Virus record (IMG/VR): IMGVR_UViG_3300030430_003122
Span: 1 to 64,000 of that record
Direction: 5' to 3' (one strand)
Source of the DNA: a virus
DNA length: 64,000 nucleotides
Part shown: positions 60,474 to 64,000 of the stretch, piece by piece
Position numbering within the stretch: position 1 is the first letter of the stretch
How the letters are laid out: the number at the start of each line of letters is the position of its first letter
The notes under the pieces: generated by a model
Seen by the model: only the letters and a program-made list of their open reading frames with translations
Databases searched by the model: none
Told to the model about the DNA's origin: nothing
Translations under genes and position numbers: made by a program

Positions 60474-60494
60474 AGGACACCCAAAGGAAATATA

Positions 60495-62438
60495 ATGAGC
60501 AAACTACCAACCTTATATCAAGATTTTATTCACCTGTCCCGCTACTCCCGATGGTTACCTGAAGAGAACCGAAGAGAGACTTGGGAAGAAACCGTTTCAC
60601 GATACTTTGACTTTTTTGTTGATCATCTTCAGACCAAGCATGATTACAAAGTTTCAAATAAACAAAGAAAAGAATTAGAAGAGGCAGTGATCAACCTAGA
60701 GATCATGCCATCCATGCGTGCGTTAATGACCGCAGGCGAAGCACTTCGTCGTGACAATGTTGCTGGTTACAATTGCTCATATGTCGCTGTCAACAGACTT
60801 CGTGCTTTTGATGAAATCCTTTATGTTCTCATGTGTGGAACCGGTGTTGGTTTTTCCGTGGAGCGTGCAGAGGTCGATCAACTTCCTCCAGTCGCAGAAG
60901 AATTCCACGAAACGGATACCACTATTGTCGTTGCCGATTCCAAGGTTGGTTGGGCAAAGGCATACAAAGAACTCGTATCCCTGCTCGTTCATGGACAAGT
61001 CCCCAAGTGGGATGTGAGCAAGGTGCGTCCCGCTGGAGAGCGTCTTAAGACTTTCGGCGGTCGAGCATCGGGTCCAGAACCTTTAGTTGATTTGTTTGAG
61101 TTTACTGTAAATACTTTTAAGAAAGCAGCAGGACGGCGACTCACGACCATCGAATGTCATGATATTGTTTGCAAGATTGCAGAAATCGTCGTCGTTGGCG
61201 GAGTCCGCCGTTCTGCTCTTATCTCATTGTCCTCGCTCATGGATGATCGTATGCGTGATGCGAAGTCTGGTCAGTGGTGGGTCACCGAACCGCAGCGTGC
61301 GTTGGCAAATAACTCTGCTGTTTACAATGGCGGTCCCACTGACATCGGAACCTTTATGAAAGAGTGGATGTCACTTTACGAGTCCAAGAGTGGTGAGCGT
61401 GGTATCTTCAACCGATCCAGTGCGAAGAGTCAGTGTAAGAAACTTGCCGATGTTCGCGGTGAGGGTCATGTTCACCGAGACCCAGAACACCGGTTTGGAA
61501 CAAACCCATGCTCGGAAATTATTCTTCGTGATGCAGAATTTTGTAATTTAACAGAAGTGGTTGTTCGTGAGAACGATACTGTTGAGTCTCTTAAGAGAAA
61601 GATTCGACTCGCAACCATTCTTGGAACATGGCAGTCCACTCTTACAAACTTTCGTTACCTTTCATCTGTATGGAAGAACAACTGTGAAGAAGAGCGTCTT
61701 CTTGGGGTGTCCTTGACTGGTATCATGGACTGTGAAACCACCCGTTGCACTGATAAACTAGAATTTAGACTAGAGGAAATGCGAAGAGTTTGCATCGACA
61801 CCAACAAGGAGTTTGCCGGTAAGATTGGTATCCCTCAGTCCGCCGCCACCACTTGCGTAAAACCATCTGGAACTGTTTCGCAGTTGGTCGATGCAGCATC
61901 GGGTATTCATGCTCGACACAATGAACATTACATCCGTACCGTTCGTGCAGACAATAAGGATCCGCTTTGTCAGTTTATGAAGGATAAAGGATTCCCACAC
62001 GAAGCATGTGTATTGAAACCAGAAAATGTAACAGTGTTTGCTTTCCCAACCAAGTCTCCAAACGGTTGTGTCACCAGAACTGACATGACCGCTCTTGAGC
62101 AACTTGAGTTGTGGTTGATTTATCAGCGACACTGGTGCGAACACAAACCATCAGTCACCATCTCCGTCAAGGAGCATGAGTGGATGGAGGTTGGTGCATG
62201 GGTGTGGAATCACCTAGATGAGATCTCTGGTATTTCTTTCCTTCCGTTCTCTGATCATGTGTATAAGCAAGCACCATATCAGGACATCGATAAAGAGACA
62301 TACATAAAAGAACTCAAAAATTTACCCCAGAGCGTAAACTGGGAAGAGTTAGCAAACTATGAAAGGGAAGACAATACTTCTGGAACACAGACCTACGCAT
62401 GTAGCGGTGATTCATGTGAAGTAGTAGATCTTACCTGA
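60495..62438 (+). CDS. nrdJ: Class II (adenosylcobalamin) ribonucleotide reductase
   Basis: YNCS, GGVRRSA, GTNPCSEI, FCNL, CVKPSGT, HKPSVT, C-terminal CSGDSC. Confidence 0.92.
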   Translation: MSKLPTLYQDFIHLSRYSRWLPEENRRETWEETVSRYFDFFVDHLQTKHDYKVSNKQRKELEEAVINLEIMPSMRALMTAGEALRRDNVAGYNCSYVAVNRLRAFDEILYVLMCGTGVGFSVERAEVDQLPPVAEEFHETDTTIVVADSKVGWAKAYKELVSLLVHGQVPKWDVSKVRPAGERLKTFGGRASGPEPLVDLFEFTVNTFKKAAGRRLTTIECHDIVCKIAEIVVVGGVRRSALISLSSLMDDRMRDAKSGQWWVTEPQRALANNSAVYNGGPTDIGTFMKEWMSLYESKSGERGIFNRSSAKSQCKKLADVRGEGHVHRDPEHRFGTNPCSEIILRDAEFCNLTEVVVRENDTVESLKRKIRLATILGTWQSTLTNFRYLSSVWKNNCEEERLLGVSLTGIMDCETTRCTDKLEFRLEEMRRVCIDTNKEFAGKIGIPQSAATTCVKPSGTVSQLVDAASGIHARHNEHYIRTVRADNKDPLCQFMKDKGFPHEACVLKPENVTVFAFPTKSPNGCVTRTDMTALEQLELWLIYQRHWCEHKPSVTISVKEHEWMEVGAWVWNHLDEISGISFLPFSDHVYKQAPYQDIDKETYIKELKNLPQSVNWEELANYEREDNTSGTQTYACSGDSCEVVDLT

Positions 62439-62461
62439 AACCATCTAAAAGGAGAATATAG

Positions 62462-63499
62462 ATGAATAGAATTTGTGCTATCCTATTACCATTTGTTTTC
62501 GGCGGAGTTGCCGTTGCAAGTGAACCAATGCCCGATGCGTATGAACTAATCATGCAAGATGTTCGGGATGATGCAGCGACCCGTCGATCACTAAAAGGTG
62601 ATCGGGTAGGAATCCGACTGGACGGTTTTGTTCAGACTGGTTGGTCCTACTCAGGCGGCGGTGATGCTGACGATGTGTACGGTTTCGATGTATACCGTGC
62701 AAGACTTGGACTCGCTGGTCGAGTCGGTAAGGATGCTACTTTCCGTCTAAGCGGCGAGTGGACTCCTGCAAGCGACTTTGAACTCGTCGAGGCGGTCCTC
62801 AACTACAGTGGATTCGACTTCGCTGATGTTCGTGTTGGTCAATTTGTTCCTGCTTTCTACAGCGGGTTCGTTGCCAACCCAACCGAACTCACCACGCAGA
62901 ACTATAGCGTTTCTGCTTTGACTTTTGGTCAGGGATTCGGTCAAGGCATTGAACTTTCACAGTCCTTCGGTGGACTTGATCTCAGTGCTTTCTACAATAA
63001 CGGGTTTGATAATCTAACCGGGGTCTCTAATGGTGACTATGCCGTTGGTGTCCGTGGTTCGTTTGAACTCGTTGACGGTTTCTCTCTCGGTGGCGGTTAC
63101 GCCTACATTGAGGGACCAAACCAGTATTCAACCGTTACTGTTGATGCTGACTTTGATCTTGACCCATTCAATCTAAATGTCGCGTGGATCGCTGACGACC
63201 AGATTGATGGTTGGGAGAACTACTCTGTGGTCGGAACTGGTTCTGTTGATCTTTCGGATCGTGCAGAACTCTTCGGTCAGTATGAGTATGGAAACCTCGG
63301 TGGTTTCGCCGGTGGTGATCTCAATGTGGGAACCATCGGTCTAAATTATGACTTGACCAAGGGTGTCAAGTGGACCAACTCGTTTGGTTACGCTTTTGAT
63401 GACATCGCCGGTGGTTTCGATACCACCAACACCGGTTGGAGAACTGGTGCAGGTCAAGGTGAATATGTGATTCGTAGTTTCGTCACAATTAGTTTCTGA
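62462..63499 (+). CDS. Outer-membrane beta-barrel porin (OprO/P-like)
   Basis: Sec signal peptide (MNRICAILLPFVFGGVAVA), GFDVYRARL, VRVGQF, alternating beta-strands, terminal Phe (VTISF). Confidence 0.8.
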   Translation: MNRICAILLPFVFGGVAVASEPMPDAYELIMQDVRDDAATRRSLKGDRVGIRLDGFVQTGWSYSGGGDADDVYGFDVYRARLGLAGRVGKDATFRLSGEWTPASDFELVEAVLNYSGFDFADVRVGQFVPAFYSGFVANPTELTTQNYSVSALTFGQGFGQGIELSQSFGGLDLSAFYNNGFDNLTGVSNGDYAVGVRGSFELVDGFSLGGGYAYIEGPNQYSTVTVDADFDLDPFNLNVAWIADDQIDGWENYSVVGTGSVDLSDRAELFGQYEYGNLGGFAGGDLNVGTIGLNYDLTKGVKWTNSFGYAFDDIAGGFDTTNTGWRTGAGQGEYVIRSFVTISF

Positions 63500-63516
63500 A
63501 CATAAGGAGAAATTTT

Positions 63517-63717
63517 ATGACTAACAAGAAATGTGAACAAGTATGCCCCGTCACTGGCGATGGATGTGACTGTATTAGCAAGGCACTTTGCAAGGTTGGT
63601 GTTTGCCGATCCACGCTAATTACTCTTGCTCTACTCCCATTCGCATGGGATGGTGTCGTCTGGGGTGCAGAAGTTGTTCGGTTCCTTTGGGATTCGGCAA
63701 CCTCCGCTGTCTCCTGA
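63517..63717 (+). CDS. Small Cys-rich membrane protein
   Basis: Strong RBS (TAAGGAG); six Cys then hydrophobic segment LITLALLPFAW. Confidence 0.75.
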   Translation: MTNKKCEQVCPVTGDGCDCISKALCKVGVCRSTLITLALLPFAWDGVVWGAEVVRFLWDSATSAVS

Positions 63718-63746
63718 TAAAAAAGAAGACAAGACAAAAGGCAAAC

Positions 63747-63775
63747 ACCCCGGTCACGGAAGACCGGGGTTTTTG
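63747..63775 (+). terminator. Rho-independent terminator
   Basis: ACCCCGGTC-ACGGAA-GACCGGGGT then TTTT. Confidence 0.85.
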
Positions 63776-63865
63776 TCTATAAGTGGAGGTTGTTTTTTAC
63801 ATAATGCTAACACATCACACATACAACGATAACACAGTCTAGACTAAGTATTTTTTGGAGATCAT

Positions 63866-64000
63866 ATGAAACTACTTTTATACGCCCTGTTATTTCTGAA
63901 TGTCGATGTTACCGAAGATATTACAACATCAACAACTTGGACTGCTGACAATGTTTACAACTTGACGAAACAAATCTATGTGTTGCCCGGTGCAACTTTG
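63866..64000 (+). CDS. N-terminus of a probable secreted beta-helix-type protein, truncated by window end
   Basis: GGAG RBS; MKLLLYALLFLNVDVTEDITTSTTWTADNVYNLTKQIYVLPGATL; hydrophobic leader. Confidence 0.6.
   Translation, partial: MKLLLYALLFLNVDVTEDITTSTTWTADNVYNLTKQIYVLPGATL

Noticed and set aside
6792-62438. Introns, inteins or homing endonucleases in gp17, gp43, gp41, thyX, nrdJ
   Set aside because: All are continuous ORFs of ordinary length with no splice motifs or HNH/GIY-YIG/LAGLIDADG domains.
623-63737. Many minus-strand and alternative-frame ORFs in the supplied track
   Set aside because: All overlap well-supported + strand genes and lack recognisable motifs; treated as shadow ORFs.
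1-64000. CRISPR arrays, tRNA/rRNA genes, DGR repeats
   Set aside because: Intergenic gaps are mostly under 100 bp; no repeat-spacer array, cloverleaf or reverse transcriptase seen. The 58-codon duplication differs mainly at synonymous sites of all base types, unlike a DGR template/variable pair.
1-64000. Active stop-codon reassignment
   Set aside because: Core genes are full length under the standard code and no in-frame TAG or TGA interruptions are seen.

Overview
A 64-kb segment of a large T4-like (Tevenvirinae/Kyanoviridae-style) myophage genome. All credible genes are on the + strand and densely packed, often with ATGA overlaps. Gene order: tail/fibre genes; the virion module gp13-14-15-16-17-18-19-20-core-21-22-23-3; uvsY-uvsW-gp55-gp47-gp46; dam, denV-like, galE, rnh; gp45-44-62-regA; a ~17.7-kb AT-richer glycan-biosynthesis island (11 glycosyltransferase-like genes, SDR epimerases/dehydratases, RfbH, a YerE-like ThDP enzyme); a collagen-like fibre module; dut, DUF1599, gp43, uvsX, gp41, gp61, thyX, class II RNR; an outer-membrane porin. 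The main candidate for an undescribed system is phage-encoded virion O-glycosylation: a G-x-T motif recurs in surface-exposed virion proteins, alongside the glycan island and a GT2-TPR gene coupled to a (GxT)n collagen fibre. Other signals: near-total codon-level avoidance of RGCY and CCWGG, a 58-aa Met/His-rich module shared by two prohead core proteins, a degenerate late promoter (nnTA[C/G/A]ATA), several probably leaderless mRNAs, and no TAG stop among 72 genes. The porin resembles (from memory) Phycisphaerae porins, hinting at a planctomycete host. All family calls come from motif recognition; no database search was run and counts are by eye.
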